From Roseibacillus sp. (lineage in GTDB: Bacteria > Verrucomicrobiota > Verrucomicrobiia > Verrucomicrobiales > Akkermansiaceae): DNA of 64,000 nucleotides. A model generated the notes under the pieces. That model saw nothing but the letters and a program-made list of their open reading frames with translations, had not been told where the DNA came from and ran no database searches. The translations under genes and the position numbers were made by a program. The DNA is taken from assembly GCA_965242925.1 (NCBI GenBank), contig CBDEUM010000012.1, positions 160,001 to 224,000 of the forward strand. The letters are read 5' to 3'. Below are positions 8,806 through 18,297 of the stretch, piece by piece; within the stretch, counting starts at the first letter, position 1, and each line of letters starts with the position of its first letter.

Positions 8806-10161
8806 GTGGCTGGTGCTCGCTTTACTCTCCTCAACCGGGCTAATGAAATCGGAGCCAACAGCTACCTGCTTGAAATCGGGGACACCAAGGTGGTGCTTGA
8901 TGCCGGGATGCACCCCAAGGAGAGAGGTTCAGGGGCTCTCCCCCGCTACGAAGATATTCCCCACGACAGCGTCGATGCCATAATCGTCACGCATTCGCAT
9001 CTCGATCATGTGGGAACGCTCCCGATCCTAATGCGTGACCAGCCCTCCGCGCGGGTATTCATGACCCCCGCTACCAGCGCCCTGGCCGATGCCCTCCTCC
9101 ACAACTCCGTCAATGTGATGAAGTCCCAGCGGCAGGAGCTGGGCATCGAAGAGTATCCTCTTTTTACGCATCGTGCCATCGAAGAGCTCACTCCACGCAT
9201 CGAACCACGCGATTATGAAAAACCCTTCGATCTCGACTGGAACGGAACGGCCCGCGCAACCTTCCATGATGCCGGTCACATCCTCGGTTCCGCAGGAGTC
9301 CTGTTAGAGGGTGTCGGCAAAAGTGTCTTCTACAGCGGGGATATCCACTTTGAAGACCACGCTCTCATCCGTGGGGCCCGCTTCCCGGAACTGGGAGACA
9401 GGAACCTCGACGCTCTCATTGTCGAAACCACGCGCGGTGACGCTCCCCGGCCCACCCATTACCGCCGCGAGAGCGAAGAAGAACGCTTCATCGGGGACAT
9501 CCGCCGCTGCCTGGATGGTGGCGGCTCCGTGCTCATCCCCGTCTTCGCCATCGGCAAGACCCAGGAGGTACTCACCATGATCCACGAATGCAAGGAGGCG
9601 GGGCGCCTTCCGGACGCGCCTGTCTACATCGGCGGCCTGAGCACCAAGATGACCATCATCTACGACAAGTTTTCAGACTCCACCCGCCGCTGTTCACCGG
9701 GTTTCAAGATCCTGCGCGATATGAATCCCATCACCGGGAATCGGAGGGGTCGCAAACGTATTCCCCTTGAGCGGGGGGCTATCTACGCCCTCTCCAGCGG
9801 CATGATGACAGAGAAGACCACCTCTAATGGTTTCGCGCGCGGTTTCATCGATAACCCGGAGAACATGCTCCTTTTCGTAGGCTATGCCGATCCCGACAGC
9901 CCGGGGGGGAAAATTCGCTCCGCACAGCCCGGTGACAATATCCGACTCGACGAGGATCTCCCCGAGGTGCCGCTCAACTGCGGGGTGGAGATCTACGACT
10001 TCAGCGGACACGCCCCGCGCGACCAACTCCTGAATTTCATGCAGCAAACCAATGCTCGTCAGACCGTCCTCGTTCACGGCGATCCCGCGGCCCAGAAATG
10101 GTTCGCTAATCAAATCGAGCGAGCCGTTGTCCCTTCCCCGGGAAAACCCCTCCTGCTGTAG
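8806..10161 (+). CDS. Metallo-beta-lactamase/beta-CASP ribonuclease (YSH1-like)
   Basis: THSHLDH, AGHILGS, YSGD, IPVFAIGKTQE, FSGHA, VHGD. Confidence 0.9.
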   Translation: MAGARFTLLNRANEIGANSYLLEIGDTKVVLDAGMHPKERGSGALPRYEDIPHDSVDAIIVTHSHLDHVGTLPILMRDQPSARVFMTPATSALADALLHNSVNVMKSQRQELGIEEYPLFTHRAIEELTPRIEPRDYEKPFDLDWNGTARATFHDAGHILGSAGVLLEGVGKSVFYSGDIHFEDHALIRGARFPELGDRNLDALIVETTRGDAPRPTHYRRESEEERFIGDIRRCLDGGGSVLIPVFAIGKTQEVLTMIHECKEAGRLPDAPVYIGGLSTKMTIIYDKFSDSTRRCSPGFKILRDMNPITGNRRGRKRIPLERGAIYALSSGMMTEKTTSNGFARGFIDNPENMLLFVGYADPDSPGGKIRSAQPGDNIRLDEDLPEVPLNCGVEIYDFSGHAPRDQLLNFMQQTNARQTVLVHGDPAAQKWFANQIERAVVPSPGKPLLL

Positions 10162-10167
10162 GAGAAG

Positions 10168-11202
10168 CTAGCTTCCCTTCAGCTCGTCCAGCTCCTTGCG
10201 CAGGGCCTTCACCTCCTGCCGCGTTTCTTGCAGCTTGCCCAGCTCTCGCCAGATTCGAATCTCTTCCTTGAGGGGTTTGGCTGGAGTGCCCATGTAGGCC
10301 CCCGGCTCGGTGATGCTCTGAAAAGCACTCGACCTGCCGCCCAGTTGCACCCCACTGGCAATCTCGATGTGCCCGTTGATTCCTGCCTGGGCCGCGATAG
10401 TCACGTGGTCCTGCAGCTTTGAGCTTCCCGCCACTCCGGACAGTGCCACCAGGATGCAGTGTTTGCCGATCTGCGCATTGTGCCCAACCTGCACCAGATT
10501 GTCGATTTTGCTCCCTTCTCCCACCACGGTTCTGCCAATGCGGGCTCGATCCACGCAGGCATTTGCACCAATCTCTACGTCATTCGCCAGCACCACGATC
10601 CCGAGCTGGGGAACCTTCTGGTGCCTGCCGTCAGCAAATTCGTAGCCGAAGCCATCCGAGCCGATCACCGCCCCCGGCTGCAGGATCACCCGATCACCAA
10701 GAATACACCCTTCCCGGACACTGGCATTCTGGTAGATGACGCAGTCCTCGCCAACCTGCACACCACGTCCAATCACCGCACCAGCACATACTTCTGAGCC
10801 GGATCCGATGACCGCTCCATCCTCCACCACCGCGCCCGGATGAACCGCTGCGCCGGGATCGACCTGAGCGTGCTCCGAAACATGCGATCCGGATCGGATG
10901 CCGGGAGTGAAGGCTCGCGCCATCTCTTCCACCTTCTTCACAAGAGCAGCCAGAGCGTAGGACGGGTTCTCGACTTGAATAAGCGCCACCCCCTCCGGAC
11001 CCGAATCAACATCCGGCGTCACCAGGACGGCACCGGCCCTGGTCGCATCAAACTGGTCCCGGTACTTTGCAACACCGAAGAAACTCAGATCGCCAGGACA
11101 GGCCTCCTCCAGGGTCTCGACTCCGTTCAGGACGATCGTCTCATCGCCCGCAACCAGTGTTCCCCCTGCCAAGGCGACCACTTCCGCGACCCGGAATTCC
11201 AC
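10168..11202 (-). CDS. lpxD: UDP-3-O-acylglucosamine N-acyltransferase
   Basis: Hexapeptide repeats, IGSDGFGY, KIDNLVQVGHN; adjacent to skp. Confidence 0.96.
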   Translation of the reverse strand: MEFRVAEVVALAGGTLVAGDETIVLNGVETLEEACPGDLSFFGVAKYRDQFDATRAGAVLVTPDVDSGPEGVALIQVENPSYALAALVKKVEEMARAFTPGIRSGSHVSEHAQVDPGAAVHPGAVVEDGAVIGSGSEVCAGAVIGRGVQVGEDCVIYQNASVREGCILGDRVILQPGAVIGSDGFGYEFADGRHQKVPQLGIVVLANDVEIGANACVDRARIGRTVVGEGSKIDNLVQVGHNAQIGKHCILVALSGVAGSSKLQDHVTIAAQAGINGHIEIASGVQLGGRSSAFQSITEPGAYMGTPAKPLKEEIRIWRELGKLQETRQEVKALRKELDELKGS

Positions 11203-11235
11203 AGTGGTATTCTGTTAGAGCCGAAGTCGTGTCGG

Positions 11236-11835
11236 CTATTTGCCGCCCTCGGGGGTGGGAGCGGGTGCATCCTTGTTCAGCACACCCAGCAGGCCCGCCG
11301 TGATGTCGGTGGCATCCTTGGTGTAGAGCAGGAAGGGGACCTGAGAGGTACTCATGCCGGACTTGTCGAAAACGTAATCGTAGGCATCGGACTTCGCACG
11401 ATCTTCCACCAGTTTCCGGATCTCCTCGAGGATACCCCGCATCTTCTGCATCATCTTCTCGTTGAGGGCAGTATTACGGCGCTGGAGAAATTCCCGGCGC
11501 TCCCGGTCAAGGGCCACCCCTTCCTGAGTCTTCATCTGGAAGTCCTTGAAAAGCTCCTGCTTCCGCTTGTCACTGAGAGAAGGATCGTCCAACTGCTTGC
11601 GCAGGCCCTGCAACTCACCCTCCAGGGCACGGATGGTTTCCAGACGATCATTGTTGTTTTGCTGGATCTTGGCACGCTCGACGTTGACTTCCCTCTGAGC
11701 GTCGGTCGTGCGATGATACTGCTTGAATAGCGTCTGCATATCCACCGTGGCGATCTTGAGTTTGTCCTGCGCGGTCGCGGGCAGAGCAAAAAGCAGGGCA
11801 GTAACAGCAGCGAGAGTCAGTTGGCGAAAGGTCAT
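11236..11835 (-). CDS. skp: Skp/OmpH periplasmic chaperone
   Basis: Signal peptide, KIATVDMQTLF, long helical body, YDYVFD...DIT. Confidence 0.9.
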   Translation of the reverse strand: MTFRQLTLAAVTALLFALPATAQDKLKIATVDMQTLFKQYHRTTDAQREVNVERAKIQQNNNDRLETIRALEGELQGLRKQLDDPSLSDKRKQELFKDFQMKTQEGVALDRERREFLQRRNTALNEKMMQKMRGILEEIRKLVEDRAKSDAYDYVFDKSGMSTSQVPFLLYTKDATDITAGLLGVLNKDAPAPTPEGGK

Positions 11836-11909
11836 TTGCTTAGCGTTTCTTAGGATTAAGGCGGAGCTTGGAGAGAAATTATGGAGTCGTCAAACCCCAA
11901 CCCCGGCTC

Positions 11910-12560
11910 TCAATCCCTCGAAGGGCCGTTTTTGTTGAGTTCCTTGAGGATCATGGGCGTGATGTCCATGGCGTCCCTGACAAAAAGGAGCATGGGAACC
12001 TGGGAGCTACTGGTCCCGTCGATATCGAACACCAGATCGAAGCCCAGGCGCTCGGCCTGTCCGGCCACGAGGTCGTGAATCTCCTGAAGGAGCGCATCCA
12101 TGCGCGCCACCATCTTCCTGTTCAACTCGGTATGGCGAGCCTGCAGATCGGACGTCCGCTCGTGGTTGATCCGCTCCCGCTCATGAAACCGCACACCCTT
12201 TTCACGCTCCAGCGAGGAACGGTTTTGCCCGGTCAGATTCGTGCTCTGCAAGGAAACCTCCAATTCCCGCAGGCTCTGATCCATGCTCCGTAGACGACCG
12301 GCCACATCATTGTGCTCCTTCTGGATACGGGCGCGCTCCATGTTGATCTCCTCCTCCGCCTTATCCACCTTGTGATAATTGCGGAAGAGTTTCTGGATAT
12401 TGACAACTGCCGTCCGCAGCTTTTCTTCTTCTACAGACCCCACCACCTTCTCACTCGAACCGAGCCTGGCAGCAACTTTCTCCTGATCCTCGTTTCCACT
12501 CTGCGCCCAGGCCGGGAACGCCAAGCCAAGTCCCAGTCCCAACGCCATTAGTTTTCTCAT
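11910..12560 (-). CDS. Second Skp/OmpH-family chaperone
   Basis: Signal peptide (AWA-Q), TAVVNIQKLF, GFDLVFD...MDIT. Confidence 0.85.
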   Translation of the reverse strand: MRKLMALGLGLGLAFPAWAQSGNEDQEKVAARLGSSEKVVGSVEEEKLRTAVVNIQKLFRNYHKVDKAEEEINMERARIQKEHNDVAGRLRSMDQSLRELEVSLQSTNLTGQNRSSLEREKGVRFHERERINHERTSDLQARHTELNRKMVARMDALLQEIHDLVAGQAERLGFDLVFDIDGTSSSQVPMLLFVRDAMDITPMILKELNKNGPSRD

Positions 12561-12649
12561 CTCTGCATCCAAGTTTGCTTCACGTTAGACAGCCCCTCCA
12601 GAAAACTCAAGTTCATTAAAGTATTGATCATCTGCAAGCAGACCGCCAC

Positions 12650-13483
12650 ATGCGTCATCTTTCCTCACTTGCCGACATTCCGGACATGCCCGCGCCTTCC
12701 GTGCTGGTTCCCACCATGGGAGCCCTGCATGAAGGACATGCCGCCCTCTTCCGGGCTGCCAGGGAAATAGCGGACAACGATGGATCGGTCCTGGCTTCCA
12801 TCTTTCTCAATCCCCTGCAGTTCGACCGGCCAGACGATCTGGCAGACTACCCGCGCACCCTCGAGACAGATCTCGCCCTCTGTGAAACCCTGGGCGTGGA
12901 CGCTGTGTTCACTCCGTCCCCCGTGGAATTCTACGCGGCCGACCATTCCATCATGGTAAGGGAGACCCTCCTCTCCCGAAACCTCTGCGGAGCCACCCGC
13001 CCCGGTCACTTCGAGGGCGTGTGCACCGCAGTGCTCAAGCTCTTCCATGTCCTGCGCCCGGCAGCGGCCGTTTTCGGGAAAAAGGACTACCAGCAACTCG
13101 CCATCATCCGACGTCTCGTGCGAGACCTTTCCCTGCCCGTGGACATCCACGGCATTGAAACGGTCCGCGAACCCGATGGACTGGCTCTTTCCTCACGCAA
13201 CCTCTCCCTGGATCCTGAGCACCGCGCTGATGCGTCCCGTATCCGCCGCGCCCTCCTCGCTGCCCGCGATCTGCGTGAGACCGGTGAACAACGCAGCGAG
13301 GGCTATCTTCAAGCCGCCCGCCATCATCTTCTGCAAGATGCTCCGCCCGGCCTGAAAATCGACTATCTTGAGCTGGTGGATCGTGAAAATCTGCAACTCC
13401 TTCCCAAAGTGGCCGGTCCGGCCCTTCTTGCCACCGCCGTCCTGTATGACGACGTGCGCCTGATCGACAACGTGGAGATCTGA
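12650..13483 (+). CDS. panC: Pantoate--beta-alanine ligase
   Basis: VPTMGALHEGH, NPLQF, RPGHFEGV, FGKKDYQQ, SSRN, RLIDN. Confidence 0.98.
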   Translation: MRHLSSLADIPDMPAPSVLVPTMGALHEGHAALFRAAREIADNDGSVLASIFLNPLQFDRPDDLADYPRTLETDLALCETLGVDAVFTPSPVEFYAADHSIMVRETLLSRNLCGATRPGHFEGVCTAVLKLFHVLRPAAAVFGKKDYQQLAIIRRLVRDLSLPVDIHGIETVREPDGLALSSRNLSLDPEHRADASRIRRALLAARDLRETGEQRSEGYLQAARHHLLQDAPPGLKIDYLELVDRENLQLLPKVAGPALLATAVLYDDVRLIDNVEI

Positions 13484-13499
13484 CAGCCACGGCTGTCAG
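13480..13499. terminator. Perfect inverted repeat spanning two convergent stop codons; possible bidirectional hairpin
   Basis: CTGACAGCC-AC-GGCTGTCAG; no U-tract on either side. Confidence 0.4.
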
Positions 13500-14746
13500 C
13501 TGCCGGTCAGCTTGTCCCAGAGCTTGAGGGCGGTCAGGACCGCGAAGAAAAACGCCACCCCCGTGCCCACCCCCGCGACTGCAAGGAGAGCAGGTGGCGT
13601 CCGGCGTTCCCCGGCAAGGTCCTTTTGCACTGCCAGGAACAGAAGCGCCAGAGCGAGGGCCGGAATCCCAAGAACAGTAAGGGCCTGCGCCACGGTGATC
13701 AACCCGACGGTGCTTCCCTCCTTCGCGAAGGCCAGAATGGCTATCAGCATTCCCACTATCAGGGCAGCAGCAGTGCCGTGTCGTGACCAACGGTCACCGA
13801 TCTTACTCCCCTTCCCAAGACCATCCGCCATCACCGTCCCGCCGATGATGGCATTCACAAGAAACGAGCTGAAGGCTCCGGCCAGGATCCCAACCGCGAA
13901 GATGTACTTGGCGCTCGAACCGAAGAGCGGCTCCAGCTGGCTCGCCACATCCCCCACACTCTTGAGCTGAGCTGCCTCCGGCGTACGGTAAAACACCATG
14001 ATCGAGGTAACCAGGATCACAGCGGTTACTCCGCCCAGAATCGAGATTCCCACCACCGAGTCAATCATGCCCTTGCGCAGGTCGCGCAGTCCCCAGCCCT
14101 TCTCCCTGACAAGATAAGCCTGGAAGAAGGCTCCTCCCACAGAGAAGGTCGTGCCCACCATTCCTATCAGGGGCAACCAGTCCGCAGGCGGATCCGACTC
14201 CATCACCCGTTCCACGGGATCCGCCACCATCACGGTCAACAGATTGATCAGGAAGACCACTATCATGAGCGCCATCAGGATCTTCATGGCCTTCTCGACA
14301 AGCCCGTAGAGACTGCGCATGGCGTAAAGCGAGAAGATCACGAGAGCGTTCACCAGAACCACGATCAGGATCCGCGCCCCACTCGAATCCAGGGGGCCGT
14401 CAGTGCTGTCGAAGAGCGGTTCCAGCCCACCCACCACCGCAATGTTGTTACTGGACTGGAAGAGCGCCACGATGAGGAACAGCGTAGCCGCAACGGCAAT
14501 TGCGAATGAACGGTTCAACCGCCGGGTCAGTTCATCACAGAGACTGTGCTTATATACCACCCCCAGGCGGGCGGAGAGCGCCACCATCCCGATCATGAGG
14601 GCCACCGCCACCACCAACACAGGCACTCCAAGCCAACCGAACTGCGCTCCCACCTTGGAACTGGTGAGAATGCTGCCCGGTCCAAGAACGACTGCCGCCA
14701 CGATAATGGCTGGCCCAACCGACTTCAGCGTTTCACGAACATTCAT
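13496..14746 (-). CDS. Nramp-related (YcsG-like) membrane transporter
   Basis: About 11 hydrophobic segments, VGPAIIVAAVVLGPGS, GMVGTTFS; start moved to ATG 14746. Confidence 0.8.
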   Translation of the reverse strand: MNVRETLKSVGPAIIVAAVVLGPGSILTSSKVGAQFGWLGVPVLVVAVALMIGMVALSARLGVVYKHSLCDELTRRLNRSFAIAVAATLFLIVALFQSSNNIAVVGGLEPLFDSTDGPLDSSGARILIVVLVNALVIFSLYAMRSLYGLVEKAMKILMALMIVVFLINLLTVMVADPVERVMESDPPADWLPLIGMVGTTFSVGGAFFQAYLVREKGWGLRDLRKGMIDSVVGISILGGVTAVILVTSIMVFYRTPEAAQLKSVGDVASQLEPLFGSSAKYIFAVGILAGAFSSFLVNAIIGGTVMADGLGKGSKIGDRWSRHGTAAALIVGMLIAILAFAKEGSTVGLITVAQALTVLGIPALALALLFLAVQKDLAGERRTPPALLAVAGVGTGVAFFFAVLTALKLWDKLTGS

Positions 14747-14795
14747 CGTCACACTCCGCACTCGCCATTCTCCAATATCCGGCCGGAATAACCAA

Positions 14796-15704
14796 TCACG
14801 AATAACCGATAACTTCCCTCGGCCGCTCCCAGCAGAGATCTGCGATTTCTCCGTTCTCCAGACCAATTCCACGCAAAACTCCCGCCACCCCGGGCATGGT
14901 CGTGGTCGATCCCACGAAGTGCGCACCATCCGGCGCACGCGCGATCATGTCCTCCCCGATTTCCAAATCCCACCCCGCCAGAGTGTATTTCCCCGGACCG
15001 GCCCGTGCTGCCGAGATCGCATCGGTCACCATGAGAGAACGCTCTATTCCCGCCGCCCGGAGATAATTCCGCAGGGCAAAGGGCGGCACATGCACTCCAT
15101 CCCCTATGAAGCAGATCCAGAGATCTTCCGAGAGACTGAGCACTCGCTCCACGATGTTGTCGTGCCGTTGCAACTGCATGGGACAACCATTTCCAAGGTG
15201 CGTGAACATTGAGAGCCCCGCATCAATGGCCGCCCGGAGTTGATCGAGGGACGGGTCACAGTGTCCGGCGGAAACCACGATGCCCTCTCCCGCCAGAAAG
15301 CGGGTGGTCGCAAACCCCTCATCACATTCAGGCGCCAGGGTCACTATTCTGGTGAGATCCCCTGCCGCTTCCAGCAGCTCCTTCATGGCATCCACTGTGG
15401 CGGGCCGGGTCCAATCGCGCGGGTGGGCTCCGATGAACCCGTCGGCCTGATTCAGAAATGGGCCTTCGATATGCAGCCCCACAAGCACCTTCCGCACCAC
15501 CTCATCTTCCTCACGCGCTCGAACCAACCTCTGGAGTTTTCCTTTCATGCTCTCAATAGAGTCCGTGATTACCGTTGCCAGGGCGCCGGTAGTCCCATCC
15601 TCCTGCATGGCCTCGCAGGCCACGCGGGCCTGCTCGGTTGTCAGAAAATCGGAATTGAAATCGATTCCTGCGTATCCATTGACCTGGAGATCGAAGTAGC
15701 TCAT
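14796..15704 (-). CDS. nagA: N-acetylglucosamine-6-phosphate deacetylase
   Basis: DLQVNG, GLHIEGPF, GAH, TLAPE, SAGH, THLGN, DGVH, VTDA. Confidence 0.88.
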   Translation of the reverse strand: MSYFDLQVNGYAGIDFNSDFLTTEQARVACEAMQEDGTTGALATVITDSIESMKGKLQRLVRAREEDEVVRKVLVGLHIEGPFLNQADGFIGAHPRDWTRPATVDAMKELLEAAGDLTRIVTLAPECDEGFATTRFLAGEGIVVSAGHCDPSLDQLRAAIDAGLSMFTHLGNGCPMQLQRHDNIVERVLSLSEDLWICFIGDGVHVPPFALRNYLRAAGIERSLMVTDAISAARAGPGKYTLAGWDLEIGEDMIARAPDGAHFVGSTTTMPGVAGVLRGIGLENGEIADLCWERPREVIGYS

Positions 15705-16447
15705 TGCTGAAGTAAGCTGGCCGCCGGCTCGTCGAGAAAGAGCATGCAGTCGCCATGATCCTGCAGGATTGTGGCGGGCACGTCGGGACTCACCTCTCCC
15801 TCCACTGTCTTCTGTACCGCATCCGCCTTCCGGTCATCAGGCACCGCACAGATGATCCGGTCTGCCTTGAGGATCTGCTGCACGGACATCGATATTGCGT
15901 GGGTGGGCACGGCAGCAAGATCGGGGAACCATCCTTCTCCCACCTGCTGCTGGCGGCACACCCCGTCAAGTTCCACTACGAGGTAGGGTTCCTCGGTCTC
16001 AAAGTCCGCGGGTGGATCGTTGAAGGCAATGTGCCCATTCTCGCCAATTCCGATGAAAGCGACCACCGGCGCTTCTCCTGCCAGTACTCTCCCCATCCGC
16101 ACACACTCCATCCGGGCCTCGTTCTCGCCCTCGATGGCGTGAAAGGCCTTCAATTTCCCAGGGAGCCTGGCAACGAAGCGTTCCCGCAGAAACCTGCTGA
16201 AAGAGGCCGGATGGTCCGCCGAAATGCCGATATACTCGTCCAGGTGAAATAGCGTCACCCCCTCCCAGGCAATGTCCGGCTCCCTTGTGAGTGCCTCCAC
16301 CACCTCAAACTGGGAAGCTGCCGAGGCCATCACGATCCGGGCCTCCCCACAATCCGCCAGAGCCTCCCGGATCTTCTCTGCCCCGGCGGCCGCTGCCGCC
16401 GCTCCCATCTCGCCCTTCGTTGCAAAGATCCTAGCCTCCATCTCCAC
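15701..16447 (-). CDS. nagB: Glucosamine-6-phosphate deaminase family protein
   Basis: FHLDEYIG, HPASF, GIGENGHIAFNDP, PATILQ; 4-nt overlap with nagA. Confidence 0.8.
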   Translation of the reverse strand: MEMEARIFATKGEMGAAAAAAGAEKIREALADCGEARIVMASAASQFEVVEALTREPDIAWEGVTLFHLDEYIGISADHPASFSRFLRERFVARLPGKLKAFHAIEGENEARMECVRMGRVLAGEAPVVAFIGIGENGHIAFNDPPADFETEEPYLVVELDGVCRQQQVGEGWFPDLAAVPTHAISMSVQQILKADRIICAVPDDRKADAVQKTVEGEVSPDVPATILQDHGDCMLFLDEPAASLLQQ

Positions 16448-16540
16448 CCTACTTTGACACCATCTTTAAACCTCCACCAACCAATAACTCAATAACCGGC
16501 TTGTCCTTCGCTCCTTCAGGACGGAAGGATAAGCACGAAC

Positions 16541-18151
16541 ATGACCTCCGACTTTCTAGTCATCGGCAGTGGCGTGGCCGGCCTCTCATTTGCCATCAAG
16601 GCTGCCGAACACGGGTCCGTCACCCTGATCACCAAGAACGACGCTCTCAATTCCAACACCGCCTGGGCTCAGGGTGGAATCTCAGCCGTCCTGCCCGACG
16701 GCCTGTGCGACCGGAATGACAGCATCGAGAAGCACGTGGACGACACCCTCGACGCTGGAGCGGGTCTCTGCAACGAGAAGAACGTACGCACCATCATTGG
16801 CGAGGGCGCACAGACCATCGAGGAACTGGTGGCCTGGGGCACCACCTTCGACAGCGAGGGTAACCGATACTCCCTCGGACGGGAAGGTGGGCACTCCGAG
16901 CGCCGCATCCTCCACTCCAAGGACACCACCGGTCATGAGATCGCTTCCTCTCTTCTGGAAACCGCTCGCAACACTCCCCGCCTCTCCATCCTCGCGGATC
17001 ACATTGCCATTGAACTCATCACCACCGGCAAACTGGGTAGTGTAACCGATGACCGCGTGTTGGGCGTCTATGCCCTTGAAAAGGAAACCGGCGAGGTCCG
17101 TGTCCTTCGCTCCGACCGTGTCGTGCTGGCTACCGGCGGTTGCGGAAAAGTCTACCTCTATACCACCAACCCGGATTCCGCCACTGGCGACGGAGTGGCC
17201 ATGGCCTGGCGCGCAGGCGCTACCATCGCCAACATGGAATTTGTTCAGTTTCATCCCACCTGCTTCTACAATCCTGCCGCCATAGGACCGGAGGCCCGCT
17301 CCTTCCTTGTCTCCGAGGCCTTGCGTGGAGAAGGCGCAACGCTGCTCAACGAGAGGGGTGAGGACTTCACCCTTAACTACGACAAGCGCGGCTCTCTTGC
17401 TCCCCGTGACATTATCGCCCGCGCAATCGATACCGAGATCAAGAAGACCGGGGCTCATTGCGTCTACCTTGATGTCACCCACAAGCCGAAGGGTTTCGTC
17501 GCACAGCGATTCCCTTTCATCTACCAGACTCTCCTCGAATTCGGTCACGATGCCGAGGTGGCCCCCATCCCGGTCGTGCCTGCTGCTCACTATCAATGCG
17601 GTGGCGTGGTTGCCACACCTGACGGCACTACCTCCATTCGTGGTCTGTTTGCCATCGGCGAGGTAGCCTGTACGGGACTGCACGGGGCCAATCGGCTCGC
17701 CTCCAACAGTCTCCTGGAAGGAAACGTCATGGCCCGCCGGGCCCTCGCGAAAATCCTTCACCACTTCCCGCCCGGGAAGGACGCTCCCACCCCCTCTATC
17801 CCCGACTGGGAACACGGGGATACCGCTCCGCCCGATGAATTGGTCAACATCTACCACAACTGGGACGAGATCCGCCGCACCATGTGGGACTACGTCTCCA
17901 TCGTCCGCACGGACAAACGACTCCTCCGGGCCAGTTTCCGCCTCCGGAACCTCGACCGGGAAGTGCGCGAGTTCTACTGGGGATACCGCATCAACGCCGA
18001 CATCCTGGAACTCCGCAACCTCGTGGCAGTGGCCTCACTGATCGTCGACTGCGCTCTCCGTCGCAAGGAGTCGCGCGGCATCCACTTCACCCTCGACTTC
18101 CCCCAACCGAACCAGCAGTACCAACACGATACCATCATGCGGCGATTCTAG
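16541..18151 (+). CDS. nadB: L-aspartate oxidase
   Basis: IGSGVAG, AQGGI, REGGHS, QFHPT, SEALRGEG, GLHGANRLASNSLLE, ESRGIH. Confidence 0.97.
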   Translation: MTSDFLVIGSGVAGLSFAIKAAEHGSVTLITKNDALNSNTAWAQGGISAVLPDGLCDRNDSIEKHVDDTLDAGAGLCNEKNVRTIIGEGAQTIEELVAWGTTFDSEGNRYSLGREGGHSERRILHSKDTTGHEIASSLLETARNTPRLSILADHIAIELITTGKLGSVTDDRVLGVYALEKETGEVRVLRSDRVVLATGGCGKVYLYTTNPDSATGDGVAMAWRAGATIANMEFVQFHPTCFYNPAAIGPEARSFLVSEALRGEGATLLNERGEDFTLNYDKRGSLAPRDIIARAIDTEIKKTGAHCVYLDVTHKPKGFVAQRFPFIYQTLLEFGHDAEVAPIPVVPAAHYQCGGVVATPDGTTSIRGLFAIGEVACTGLHGANRLASNSLLEGNVMARRALAKILHHFPPGKDAPTPSIPDWEHGDTAPPDELVNIYHNWDEIRRTMWDYVSIVRTDKRLLRASFRLRNLDREVREFYWGYRINADILELRNLVAVASLIVDCALRRKESRGIHFTLDFPQPNQQYQHDTIMRRF

Positions 18152-18297
18152 GGCCAATCCTCCCGGATCCCCCCTCGCTGGAAAGAGTGGGGATGGAGAA
18201 AAGAGGTTCCCTGTCCATCAGCAGGTCTCCCGCCGGGCGGATGTCCCAAGCCCATCATTGCGTCGCCTTGAATGTTTGCTTTAGTAGGGCCGCCAGC

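Noticed and set aside
8656..8806. tRNA as an integration site for an island
   Set aside because: No integrase seen, no repeat of the tRNA 3' end noticed, and housekeeping genes follow
17884..18297. 138-aa N-terminal extension of the GH3 ORF
   Set aside because: Overlaps nadB; a clear signal peptide begins at ATG 18298
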